Shown here one piece after another: positions 45,101-58,400 of a DNA stretch of 64,000 nucleotides. The DNA lies in NCBI RefSeq assembly GCF_009914755.1, contig NC_060925.1. One strand, given 5' to 3'. Numbering within the stretch: position 1 is the first letter of the stretch; each line of letters begins with the position of its first letter. The position numbers were made by a program, and so were the translations under genes. The notes under the pieces are model-generated. The model saw only the letters and a program-made list of their open reading frames with translations. It had not been told where the DNA came from and ran no database searches. The DNA is from the human T2T-CHM13v2.0 reference genome, Homo sapiens.

Positions 45101-48100
45101 GAATGGAATGGAATCATCGCATAGAATCGAATGGAATTATCATCGAATGGAATCGAATGGAATCAACATCAAACGGAAAAAAACGGAATTATCGAATGGA
45201 ATCGAAGAGAATCATCGAATGGACCCGAATGGAATCATCTAATGGAATGGAATGGAATAATCCATGGACTCGAATGCAATCATCATCGAATGGAATCGAA
45301 TGGAATCATCGAATGGACTCGAATGGAATAATCATTGAACGGAATCGAATGGAATCATCATTGGATGGAAATGAATGGAATCATCATCGAATGGAATCGA
45401 ATAGAATTATGGAATGAAATCCAGTGTGATCATCATCGAATGGACCCGAATGGAATCATCATCCAACGGAAGCTAATGGAATCAACATCGAATGAATCGA
45501 ATGGAAACACCATCGAATTGAAACGAATGGAATTATCATGAAATTGAAATGGATGGACTCATCATCGAATGGATTCGAATGGAATCATCGAATAAAATTG
45601 ATTGAAATCATCATCCAATGGAATCGAATGGTATCATTGAATGGAATCGAATGGAATCATCATCAGATGGAAATGAATGGAATCGTCATAGAATGGAATC
45701 GAATGGATTCATTGAATGGAATCAGATGGAATCATCGAATGGACTGGAATGGAATCATTGAATGGACTCGAAAGGGATCATTATTGAATGGAATTGAATG
45801 GAATCATCGAATGGTCTCGATTGGAATCATTATCAAATGGAATGGAATGGAATCACCGAACAGAATCGAATGGAACAATCATCGAATGGACTCAAATGGA
45901 ATTATCCTCCAATGGAATCGAATGGAATTATCGAATGCAATCGAATAGAATCATCGAATGGACTCGAATGGAATCATCGAATGGAATGGAATGGAACAGT
46001 CAATGAACTCGAATGGAATCATCATTGAATGGAATCGAATGGAATCATCGAGTGGAATCGAATGGAATTATGATCAAATGGAATCGAATGTAATCCTCAT
46101 CAAATGGAATCAAAAATAACCATCATCAATTGGTATTGAATGGAATTGTCATCAAATGGAATTCAAAGGAATCATCATCAAATGGAACCGAATGGAATCC
46201 TCATTGAATGGAAATGAAAGGGGTCATCATCTAATGGAATCGCATGGAATCATCATCAAATGGAATCGAATGGAATCATCATCAAATGGAATCTAATGGA
46301 ATCATTGAACAGAATTGAATGGAATCGTCATCGAATGAATTGAATGCAATCATCGAATGGTCTCGAATGGAATCATCTTCTAATGGAAAGGAATGGAATC
46401 ATCGCATAGAATCGAATGGAATTATCATCGAATGGAATCGAATGGTATCAACACCAAACGGAAAAAAACGGAATTATCGAATGGAATCGAAGAGAATCTT
46501 CGAACGGACCCGAATGGAATCATCTAATGGAATGGAATGGAATAATCCATGGACTCGAATGCAATCATCATCGAATGGAATGGAATGGAATCATCGAATG
46601 GACTCGAATGGAATAATCATTGAACGGAATCGAATGGAATCATCATCGGATGGAAACGAATGGAATCATCATCGAATGGAAATGAAAGGAGTCATCATCT
46701 AATGGAATTGCATGGAATCATCATAAAATGGAATCGAATGGAATCAACATCAAATGGAATCAAATGGAATCATTGAACGGAATTGAATGGAATCGTCATC
46801 GAATGAATTGACTGCAATCATCGAATGGTCTCGAATGGAATCATCTTCAAATGGAATGGAATGGAATCATCGCATAGAATCGAATGGAATTATCATCGAA
46901 TGGAATCGAATGGAATCAACATCAAACGGAAAAAAACGGAATTATCGAATGGAATCGAAGAGAATCATCGAATGGACCCGAATGGAATCATCTAATGGAA
47001 TGGAATGGAATAATCCATGGACTCGAATGCAATCATCATCGAATGGAATCGAATGGAATCATCGAATGGACTCGAATGGAATAATCATTGAACGGAATCG
47101 AATGGAATCATCATCGGATGGAAATGAATGGAATCATCATCGAATGGAATCGAATAGAATTATGGAATGAAATCCAGTGTGATCATCATCGAATGGACCC
47201 GAATGGAATCATCATCCAACGGAAGCTAATGGAATCAACATCGAATGAATCGAATGGAAACACCATCGAATTGAAACGAATGGAATTATCATGAAATTGA
47301 AATGGATGGACTCATCATCGAATGGATTCGAATGGAATCATCGAATAAAATTGATTGAAATCATCATCCAATGGAATCGAATGGAATCATCATCAGATGG
47401 AAATGAATGGAATCGTCATAGAATGGAATCGAATGGATTCATTGAATGGAATCAGATGGAATCATCGAATGGACTGGAATGGAATCATTGAATGGACTCG
47501 AAAGGGATCATTATTGAATGGAATTGAATGGAATCATCGAATGGTCTCGATTGCAATCATTATCAAATGGAATCGAATGGAATCACCGAATAGAATCGAA
47601 TGGAACAATCATCGAATGGACTCAAATGGAATTATCCTCCAATGGAATCGAATGGAATTATCGAATGCAATCGAATAGAATCATCGAATGGACTCGAATG
47701 GAATCATCGAATGGAATGGAATGGAACAGTCAATGAACTCGAATGGAATCATCATTGAATGGAATCGAATGGAATCATCGAGTGGAATCGAATGGAATTA
47801 TGATCAAATGGAATCGAATGTAATCCTCATCAAATGGAATCAAAAATAACCATCATCAATTGGTATTGAATGGAATTGTCATCAAATGGAATTCAAAGGA
47901 ATCATCATCAAATGGAACCGAATGGAATCCTCATTGAATGGAAATGAAAGGGGTCATCATCTAATGGAATCGCATGGAATCATCATCAAATGGAATCGAA
48001 TGGAATCATCATCAAATGGAATCTAATGGAATCATTGAACAGAATTGAATGGAATCGTCATCGAATGAATTGAATGCAATCATCGAATGGTCTCGAATGG

Positions 48101-48647
48101 AATCATCTTCTAATGGAAAGGAATGGAATCATCGCATAGAATCGAATGGAATTATCATCGAATGGAATCGAATGGTATCAACACCAAACGGAAAAAAACG
48201 GAATTATCGAATGGAATCGAAGAGAATCTTCGAACGGACCCGAATGGAATCATCTAATGGAATGGAATGGAATAATCCATGGACTCGAATGCAATCATCA
48301 TCGAATGGAATGGAATGGAATCATCGAATGGACTCGAATGGAATAATCATTGAACGGAATCGAATGGAATCATCATCGGATGGAAACGAATGGAATCATC
48401 ATCGAATGGAAATGAAAGGAGTCATCATCTAATGGAATTGCATGGAATCATCATAAAATGGAATCGAATGGAATCAACATCAAATGGAATCAAATGGAAT
48501 CATTGAACGGAATTGAATGGAATCGTCATCGAATGAATTGACTGCAATCATCGAATGGTCTCGAATGGAATCATCTTCAAATGGAATGGAATGGAATCAT
48601 CGCATAGAATCGAATGGAATTATCATCGAATGGAATCGAATGGAATC
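42104..48647 (+). repeat. 6,544-bp tandem duplication, copy 2
   Basis: Shares the ggaaccta, aatcaaagag, cacatag, agaatgatcgaatgaact and accgaacaga variants and the 1,308-bp unit with copy 1. Junction lies in about 42104-42123. Confidence 0.9.
43726..45033 (+). repeat. Second 1,308-bp unit (copy made by the 6,544-bp duplication)
   Basis: A-type starts at 43726 and 45034, with the same junction sequence as at 38413-38427. Confidence 0.92.
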
Positions 48648-51600
48648 AACATCAAACGGAAAAAAACAGAATTATCGTATGGAATCGAAGAGAATCATCG
48701 AATGGACCCGAATGGAATCATCTAATGGAATGGAATGGAATAATCCATGGACTCGAATGCAATCATCATCGAATGGAATCGAATGGAATCATCGAATGGA
48801 CTCGAATGGAATAATCATTGAACGGAATCGAATGGAATCATCATCGGATGGAAATGAATGGAATCATCATCGAATGGAATCGAATAGAATTATGGAATGA
48901 AATCCAGTGTGATCATCATCGAATGGACCCGAATGGAATCATCATCCAACGGAAGCTAATGGAATCAACATCGAATGAATCGAATGGAAACACCATCGAA
49001 TTGAAACGAATGGAATTATCATGAAATTGAAATGGATGGACTCATCATCGAATGGATTCGAATGGAATCATCGAATAAAATTGATTGAAATCATCATCCA
49101 ATGGAATCGAATGGAATCATCATCAGATGGAAATGAATGGAATCGTCATAGAATGGAATCGAATGGATTCATTGAATGGAATCAGATGGAATCATCGAAT
49201 GGACTGGAATGGAATCATTGAATGGACTCGAAAGGGATCATTATTGAATGGAATTGAATGGAATCATCGAATGGTCTCGATTGCAATCATTATCAAATGG
49301 AATCGAATGGAATCACCGAATAGAATCGAATGGAACAATCATCGAATGGACTCAAATGGAATTATCCTCCAATGGAATCGAATGGAATTATCAAATGCAA
49401 TCGAATAGAATCATCGAATGGACTCGAATGGAATCATCGAATGGAATGGAATGGAACAGTCAATGAACTCGAATGGAATCATCATTGAATGGAATCGAAT
49501 GGAATCATCGAGTGGAATCGAATGGAATTATGATCAAATGGAATCGAATGTAATCCTCATCAAATGGAATCAAAAATAACCATCATCAATTGGTATTGAA
49601 TGGAATTGTCATCAAATGGAATTCAAAGGAATCATCATCAAATGGAACCGAATGGAATCCTCATTGAATGGAAATGAAAGGGGTCATCATCTAATGGAAT
49701 CGCATGGAATCATCATCAAATGGAATCGAATGGAATCATCATCAAATGGAATCTAATGGAATCATTGAACAGAATTGAATGGAATCGTCATCGAATGAAT
49801 TGAATGCAATCATCGAATGGTCTCGAATGGAATCATCTTCTAATGGAAAGGAATGGAATCATCGCATAGAATCGAATGGAATTATCATCGAATGGAATCG
49901 AATGGTATCAACACCAAACGGAAAAAAACGGAATTATCGAATGGAATCGAAGAGAATCTTCGAACGGACCCGAATGGAATCATCTAATGGAATGGAATGG
50001 AATAATCCATGGACTCGAATGCAATCATCATCGAATGGAATGGAATGGAATCATCGAATGGACTCGAATGGAATAATCATTGAACGGAATCGAATGGAAT
50101 CATCATCGGATGGAAACGAATGGAATCATCATCGAATGGAAATGAAAGGAGTCATCATCTAATGGAATTGCATGGAATCATCATCAAATGGAATCGAATG
50201 GAATCAACATCAAATGGAATCAAATGGAATCATTGAACGGAATTGAATGGAATCGTCATCGAATGAATTGACTGCAATCATCGAATGGTCTCGAATGGAA
50301 TCATCTTCAAATGGAATGGAATGGAATCATCGCATAGAATCGAATGGAATTATCATCGAATGGAATCGAATGGAATCAACATCAAACGGAAAAAAACAGA
50401 ATTATCGTATGGAATCGAAGAGAATCATCGAATGGACCCGAATGGAATCATCTAATGGAATGGAATGGAATAATCCATGGACTCGAATGCAATCATCATC
50501 GAATGGAATCGAATGGAATCATCGAATGGACTCGAATGGAATAATCATTGAACGGAATCGAATGGAATCATCATCGGATGGAAATGAATGGAATCATCAT
50601 CGAATGGAATCGAATAGAATTATGGAATGAAATCCAGTGTGATCATCATCGAATGGACCCGAATGGAATCATCATCCAACGGAAGCTAATGGAATCAACA
50701 TCGAATGAATCGAATGGAAACACCATCGAATTGAAACGAATGGAATTATCATGAAATTGAAATGGATGGACTCATCATCGAATGGATTCGAATGGAATCA
50801 TCGAATAAAATTGATTGAAATCATCATCCAATGGAATCGAATGGTATCATTGAATGGAATCGAATGGAATCATCATCAGATGGAAATGAATGGAATCGTC
50901 ATAGAATGGAATCGAATGGATTCATTGAATGGAATCAGATGGAATCATCGAATGATCTGGAATGGAATCATTGAATGGACTCGAAAGGGATCATTATTGA
51001 ATGGAATTGAATGGAATCATCGAATGGTCTCGATTGGAATCATTATCAAATGGAATGGAATGGAATCACCGAACAGAATCGAATGGAACAATCATCGAAT
51101 GGACTCAAATGGAATTATCCTCCAATGGAATCGAATGGAATTATCGAATGCAATCGAATAGAATCATCGAATGGACTCGAATGGAATCATCGAATGGAAT
51201 GGAATGGAACAGTCAATGAACTCGAATGGAATCATCATTGAATGGAATCGAATGGAATCATCGAGTGGAATCGAATGGAATTATGATCAAATGGAATCGA
51301 ATGTAATCCTCATCAAATGGAATCAAAAATAACCATCATCAATTGGTATTGAATGGAATTGTCATCAAATGGAATTCAAAGGAATCATCATCAAATGGAA
51401 CCGAATGGAATCCTCATTGAATGGAAATGAAAGGGGTCATCATCTAATGGAATCGCATGGAATCATCATCAAATGGAATCGAATGGAATCATCATCAAAT
51501 GGAATCTAATGGAATCATTGAACAGAATTGAATGGAATCGTCATCGAATGAATTGAATGCAATCATCGAATGGTCTCGAATGGAATCATCTTCTAATGGA

Positions 51601-54600
51601 AAGGAATGGAATCATCGCATAGAATCGAATGGAATTATCATCGAATGGAATCGAATGGTATCAACACCAAACGGAAAAAAACGGAATTATCGAATGGAAT
51701 CGAAGAGAATCTTCGAACGGACCCGAATGGAATCATCTAATGGAATGGAATGGAATAATCCATGGACTCGAATGCAATCATCATCGAATGGAATGGAATG
51801 GAATCATCGAATGGACTCGAATGGAATAATCATTGAACGGAATCGAATGGAATCATCATCGGATGGAAACGAATGGAATCATCATCGAATGGAAATGAAA
51901 GGAGTCATCATCTAATGGAATTGCATGGAATCATCATCAAATGGAATCGAATGGAATCAACATCAAATGGAATCAAATGGAATCATTGAACGGAATTGAA
52001 TGGAATCGTCATCGAATGAATTGACTGCAATCATCGAATGGTCTCGAATGGAATCATCTTCAAATGGAATGGAATGGAATCATCGCATAGAATCGAATGG
52101 AATTATCATCGAATGGAATCGAATGGAATCAACATCAAACGGAAAAAAACGGAATTATCGAATGGAATCGAAGAGAATCATCGAATGGACCCGAATGGAA
52201 TCATCTAATGGAATGGAATGGAATAATCCATGGACTCGAATGCAATCATCATTGAATGGAATCGAATGGAATCATCGAATGGACTCGAATGGAATAATCA
52301 TTGAACGGAATCGAATGGAATCATCATCGGATGGAAATGAATGGAATCATCATCGAATGGAATCGAATAGAATTATGGAATGAAATCCAGTGTGATCATC
52401 ATCGAATGGACCCGAATGGAATCATCATCCAACGGAAGCTAATGGAATCAACATCGAATGAATCGAATGGAAACACCATCGAATTGAAACGAATGGAATT
52501 ATCATGAAATTGAAATGGATGGACTCATCATCGAATGGATTCGAATGGAATCATCGAATAAAATTGATTGAAATCATCATCCAATGGAATCGAATGGAAT
52601 CATCATCAGATGGAAATGAATGGAATCGTCATAGAATGGAATCGAATGGATTCATTGAATGGAATCAGATGGAATCATCGAATGGACTGGAATGGAATCA
52701 TTGAATGGACTCGAAAGGGATCATTATTGAATGGAATTGAATGGAATCATCGAATGGTCTCGATTGCAATCATTATCAAATGGAATCGAATGGAATCACC
52801 GAATAGAATCGAATGGAACAATCATCGAATGGACTCAAATGGAATTATCCTCCAATGGAATCGAATGGAATTATCGAATGCAATCGAATAGAATCATCGA
52901 ATGGACTCGAATGGAATCATCGAATGGAATGGAATGGAACAGTCAATGAACTCGAATGGAATCATCATTGAATGGAATCGAATGGAATCATCGAGTGGAA
53001 TCGAATGGAATTATGATCAAATGGAATCGAATGTAATCCTCATCAAATGGAATCAAAAATAACCATCATCAATTGGTATTGAATGGAATTGTCATCAAAT
53101 GGAATTCAAAGGAATCATCATCAAATGGAACCGAATGGAATCCTCATTGAATGGAAATGAAAGGGGTCATCATCTAATGGAATCGCATGGAATCATCATC
53201 AAATGGAATCGAATGGAATCATCATCAAATGGAATCTAATGGAATCATTGAACAGAATTGAATGGAATCGTCATCGAATGAATTGAATGCAATCATCGAA
53301 TGGTCTCAAATGGAATCATCTTCTAATGGAAAGGAATGGAATCATCGCATAGAATCGAATGGAATTATCATCGAATGGAATCGAATGGTATCAACACCAA
53401 ACGGAAAAAAACGGAATTATCGAATGGAATCGAAGAGAATCTTCGAACGGACCCGAATGGAATCATCTAATGGAATGGAATGGAATAATCCATGGACTCG
53501 AATGCAATCATCATCGAATGGAATGGAATGGAATCATCGAATGGACTCGAATGGAATAATCATTGAACGGAATCGAATGGAATCATCATCGGATGGAAAC
53601 GAATGGAATCATCATCGAATGGAAATGAAAGGAGTCATCATCTAATGGAATTGCATGGAATCATCATCAAATGGAATCGAATGGAATCAACATCAAATGG
53701 AATCAAATGGAATCATTGAACGGAATTGAATGGAATCGTCATCGAATGAATTGACTGCAATCATCGAATGGTCTCGAATGGAATCATCTTCAAATGGAAT
53801 GGAATGGAATCATCGCATAGAATCGAATGGAATTATCATCGAATGGAATCGAATGGAATCAACATCAAACGGAAAAAAACAGAATTATCGTATGGAATCG
53901 AAGAGAATCATCGAATGGACCCGAATGGAATCATCTAATGGAATGGAATGGAATAATCCATGGACTCGAATGCAATCATCATCGAATGGAATCGAATGGA
54001 ATCATCGAATGGACTCGAATGGAATAATCATTGAACGGAATCGAATGGAATCATCATCGGATGGAAATGAATGGAATCATCATCGAATGGAATCGAATAG
54101 AATTATGGAATGAAATCCAGTGTGATCATCATCGAATGGACCCGAATGGAATCATCATCCAACGGAAGCTAATGGAATCAACATCGAATGAATCGAATGG
54201 AAACACCATCGAATTGAAACGAATGGAATTATCATGAAATTGAAATGGATGGACTCATCATCGAATGGATTCGAATGGAATCATCGAATAAAATTGATTG
54301 AAATCATCATCCAATGGAATCGAATGGAATCATCATCAGATGGAAATGAATGGAATCGTCATAGAATGGAATCGAATGGATTCATTGAATGGAATCAGAT
54401 GGAATCATCGAATGGACTGGAATGGAATCATTGAATGGACTCGAAAGGGATCATTATTGAATGGAATTGAATGGAATCATCGAATGGTCTCGATTGCAAT
54501 CATTATCAAATGGAATCGAATGGAATCACCGAATAGAATCGAATGGAACAATCATCGAATGGACTCAAATGGAATTATCCTCCAATGGAATCGAATGGAA

Positions 54601-55450
54601 TTATCGAATGCAATCGAATAGAATCATCGAATGGACTCGAATGGAATCATCGAATGGAATGGAATGGAACAGTCAATGAACTCGAATGGAATCATCATTG
54701 AATGGAATCGAATGGAATCATCGAGTGGAATCGAATGGAATTATGATCAAATGGAATCGAATGTAATCCTCATCAAATGGAATCAAAAATGACCATCATC
54801 AATTGGTATTGAATGGAATTGTCATCAAATGGAATTCAAAGGAATCATCATCAAATGGAACCGAATGGAATCCTCATTGAATGGAAATGAAAGGGGTCAT
54901 CATCTAATGGAATCGCATGGAATCATCATCAAATGGAATCGAATGGAATCATCATCAAATGGAATCTAATGGAATCATTGAACAGAATTGAATGGAATCG
55001 TCATCGAATGAATTGAATGCAATCATCGAATGGTCTCGAATGGAATCATCTTCTAATGGAAAGGAATGGAATCATCGCATAGAATCGAATGGAATTATCA
55101 TCGAATGGAATCGAATGGTATCAACACCAAACGGAAAAAAACGGAATTATCGAATGGAATCGAAGAGAATCTTTGAAAGGACCCGAATGGAATCATCTAA
55201 TGGAATGGAATGGAATAATCCATGGACTCGAATGCAATCATCATCGAATGGAATGGAATGGAATCATCGAATGGACTCGAATGGAATAATCATTGAACGG
55301 AATCGAATGGAATCATCATCGGATGGAAACGAATGGAATCATCATCGAATGGAAATGAAAGGAGTCATCATCTAATGGAATTGCATGGAATCATCATCAA
55401 ATGGAATCGAATGGAATCAACATCAAATGGAATCAAATGGAATCATTGAA
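45362..55450 (+). repeat. Imperfect 5,213-bp trimeric periodicity (1753+1730+1730)x2
   Basis: Starts 45034/50247, 46787/52000 and 48517/53730 are each 5,213 apart. They share accgaacaga (units 45034, 50247), double 23-bp deletions, and cagaattatcgtat (48517, 53730). Multiple single-base differences are present. Confidence 0.65.
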
Positions 55451-58400
55451 CGGAATTGAATGGAATCGTCATCGAATGAATTGAATGCAATCATCGAATG
55501 GTCTCGAATGGAATCATCTTCAAATGGAATGGAATGGAATCATCGCATAGAATCGAATGGAATTATCATCGAATGGAATCGAATGGAATCAACATCAAAC
55601 GGAAAAAAACGGAATTATCGAATGGAATCGAAGAGAATCATCGAATGGACCCGAATGGAATCATCTAATGGAATGGAATGGAATAATCCATGGACTCGAA
55701 TGCAATCATCATCGAATGGAATCGAATGGAATCATCGAATGGACTCGAATGGAATAATCATTGAACGGAATCGAATGGAATCATCATCGGATGGAAATGA
55801 ATGGAATCATCATCGAATGGAATCGAATAGAATTATGGAATGAAATCCAGTGTGATCATCATCGAATGGACCCGAATGGAATCATCATCCAACGGAAGCT
55901 AATGGAATCAACATCGAATGAATCGAATGGAAACACCATCGAATTGAAACGAATGGAATTATCATGAAATTGAAATGGATGGACTCATCATCGAATGGAT
56001 TCGAATGGAATCATCGAATAAAATTGATTGAAATCATCATCCAATGGAATCGAATGGTATCATTGAATGGAATCGAATGGAATCATCATCAGATGGAAAT
56101 GAATGGAATCGTCATAGAATGGAATCGAATGGATTCATTGAATGGAATCAGATGGAATCATCGAATGGACTGGAATGGAATCATTGAATGGACTCGAAAG
56201 GGATCATGATTGAATGGAATTGAATGGAATCATCGAATGGTCTCGATTGGAATCATTATCAAATGGAATCGAATGGAATCACCGAATAGAATCGAATGGA
56301 ACAATCATCGAATGGACTCAAATGGAATTATCCTCAAATGGAATCGAATGGAATTATCGAATGCAATCGAATGGAATTATCGAATGCAATCGAATAGAAT
56401 CATCGAAAGGACTCGAATGGAATCATCGAATGGAATGGAATGGAACAGTCAATGAACTCGAATGGAATCATCATTGAATGGAATCGAATGGAATCATCGA
56501 GTGGAATCGAATGGAATTATGATCAAATGGAATCGAATGTAATCATCATCAAATGGAATCAAAAATAACCATCATCAATTGGTATTGAATGGAATTGTCA
56601 TCAAATGGAATTCAAAGGAAACATCATCAAATGGAACCGAATGGAATCCTCATTGAATGGAAATGAAAGGGGTCATCATCTAATGGAATCGCATGGAATC
56701 ATCATCAAATGGAATCGAATGGAATCATCATCAAATGGAATCAAATGGAATTATTGAACAGAATTGAATGGAATCGTCATCGAATGAATTGAATGCAATC
56801 ATCGAATGGTCTCGAATGGAATCATCTTCTACTGGAAAGGAATGGAATCATCGCATAGAATCGAATGGAATTATCATCGAATGGAATCGAATGGTATCAA
56901 CACCAAACGGAAAAAAACGGAATTATCGAATGGAATCGAAGAGAATCTTCGAACGGACCCGAATGGAATCATCTAATGGAATGGAATGGAATAATCCATG
57001 GACTCGAATGCAATCATCATCGAATGGAATGGAATGGAATCATCCAATGGACTCGAATGGAATAATCATTGAACGGAATCGAATGGAATCATCATCGGAT
57101 GGAAACGAATGGAATCATCATCGAATGGAAATGAAAGGAGTCATCATCTAATGGAATTGCATGGAATCATCATCAAATGGAATCGAATGGAATCAACATA
57201 AAATGGAATCAAATGGAATCATTGAACGGAATTGAATGGAATCGTCATCGAATGAATTGAATGCAATCATCGAATGGTCTCGAATGGAATCATCTTCAAA
57301 TGGAATGGAATGGAATCATCGCATAGAATCGAATGGAATTATCATCGAATGGAATCGAATGGAATCAACATCAAACGGAAAAAAACGGAATTATCGAATG
57401 GAATCGAAGAGAATCATCGAATGGACCCGAATGGAATCATCTAATGGAATGGAATGGAATAATCCATGGACTCGAATGCAATCATCATCGAATGGAATCG
57501 AATGGAATCATCGAATGGACTCGAATGGAATAATCATTGAACGGAATCGAATGGAATCATCATCGGATGGAAATGAATGGAATCATCATCGAATGGAATC
57601 GAATAGAATTATGGAATGAAATCCAGTGTGATCATCATCGAATGGACCCGAATGGAATCATCATCCAACGGAAGCTAATGGAATCAACATCGAATGAATC
57701 GAATGGAAACACCATCGAATTGAAACGAATGGAATTATCATGAAATTGAAATGGATGGACTCATCATCGAATGGATTCGAATGGAATCATCGAATAAAAT
57801 TGATTGAAATCATCATCGAATGGAATCGAATGGTATCATTGAATGGAATCGAATGGAATCATCATCAGATGGAAATGAATGGAATCGTCATAGAATGGAA
57901 TCGAATGGATTCATTGAATGGAATCAGATGGAATCATCGAATGGACTGGAATGGAATCATTGAATGGACTCGAAAGGGATCATGATTGAATGGAATTGAA
58001 TGGAATCATCGAATGGTCTCGATTGGAATCATTATCAAATGGAATCGAATGGAATCACCGAATAGAATCGAATGGAACAATCATCGAATGGACTCAAATG
58101 GAATTATCCTCCAATGGAATCGAATGGAATTATCGAATGCAATCGAATGGAATTATCGAATGCAATCGAATAGAATCATCTAAAGGACTCGAATGGAATC
58201 ATCGAATGGAATGGAATGGAACAGTCAATGAACTCGAATGGAATCATCATTGAATGGAATCGAATGGAATCATCGAGTGGAATCGAATGGAATTATGATC
58301 AAATGGAATCGAATGTAATCATCATCAAATGGAATCAAAAATAACCATCATCAATTGGTATTGAATGGAATTGTCATCAAGTGGAATTCAAAGGAAACAT

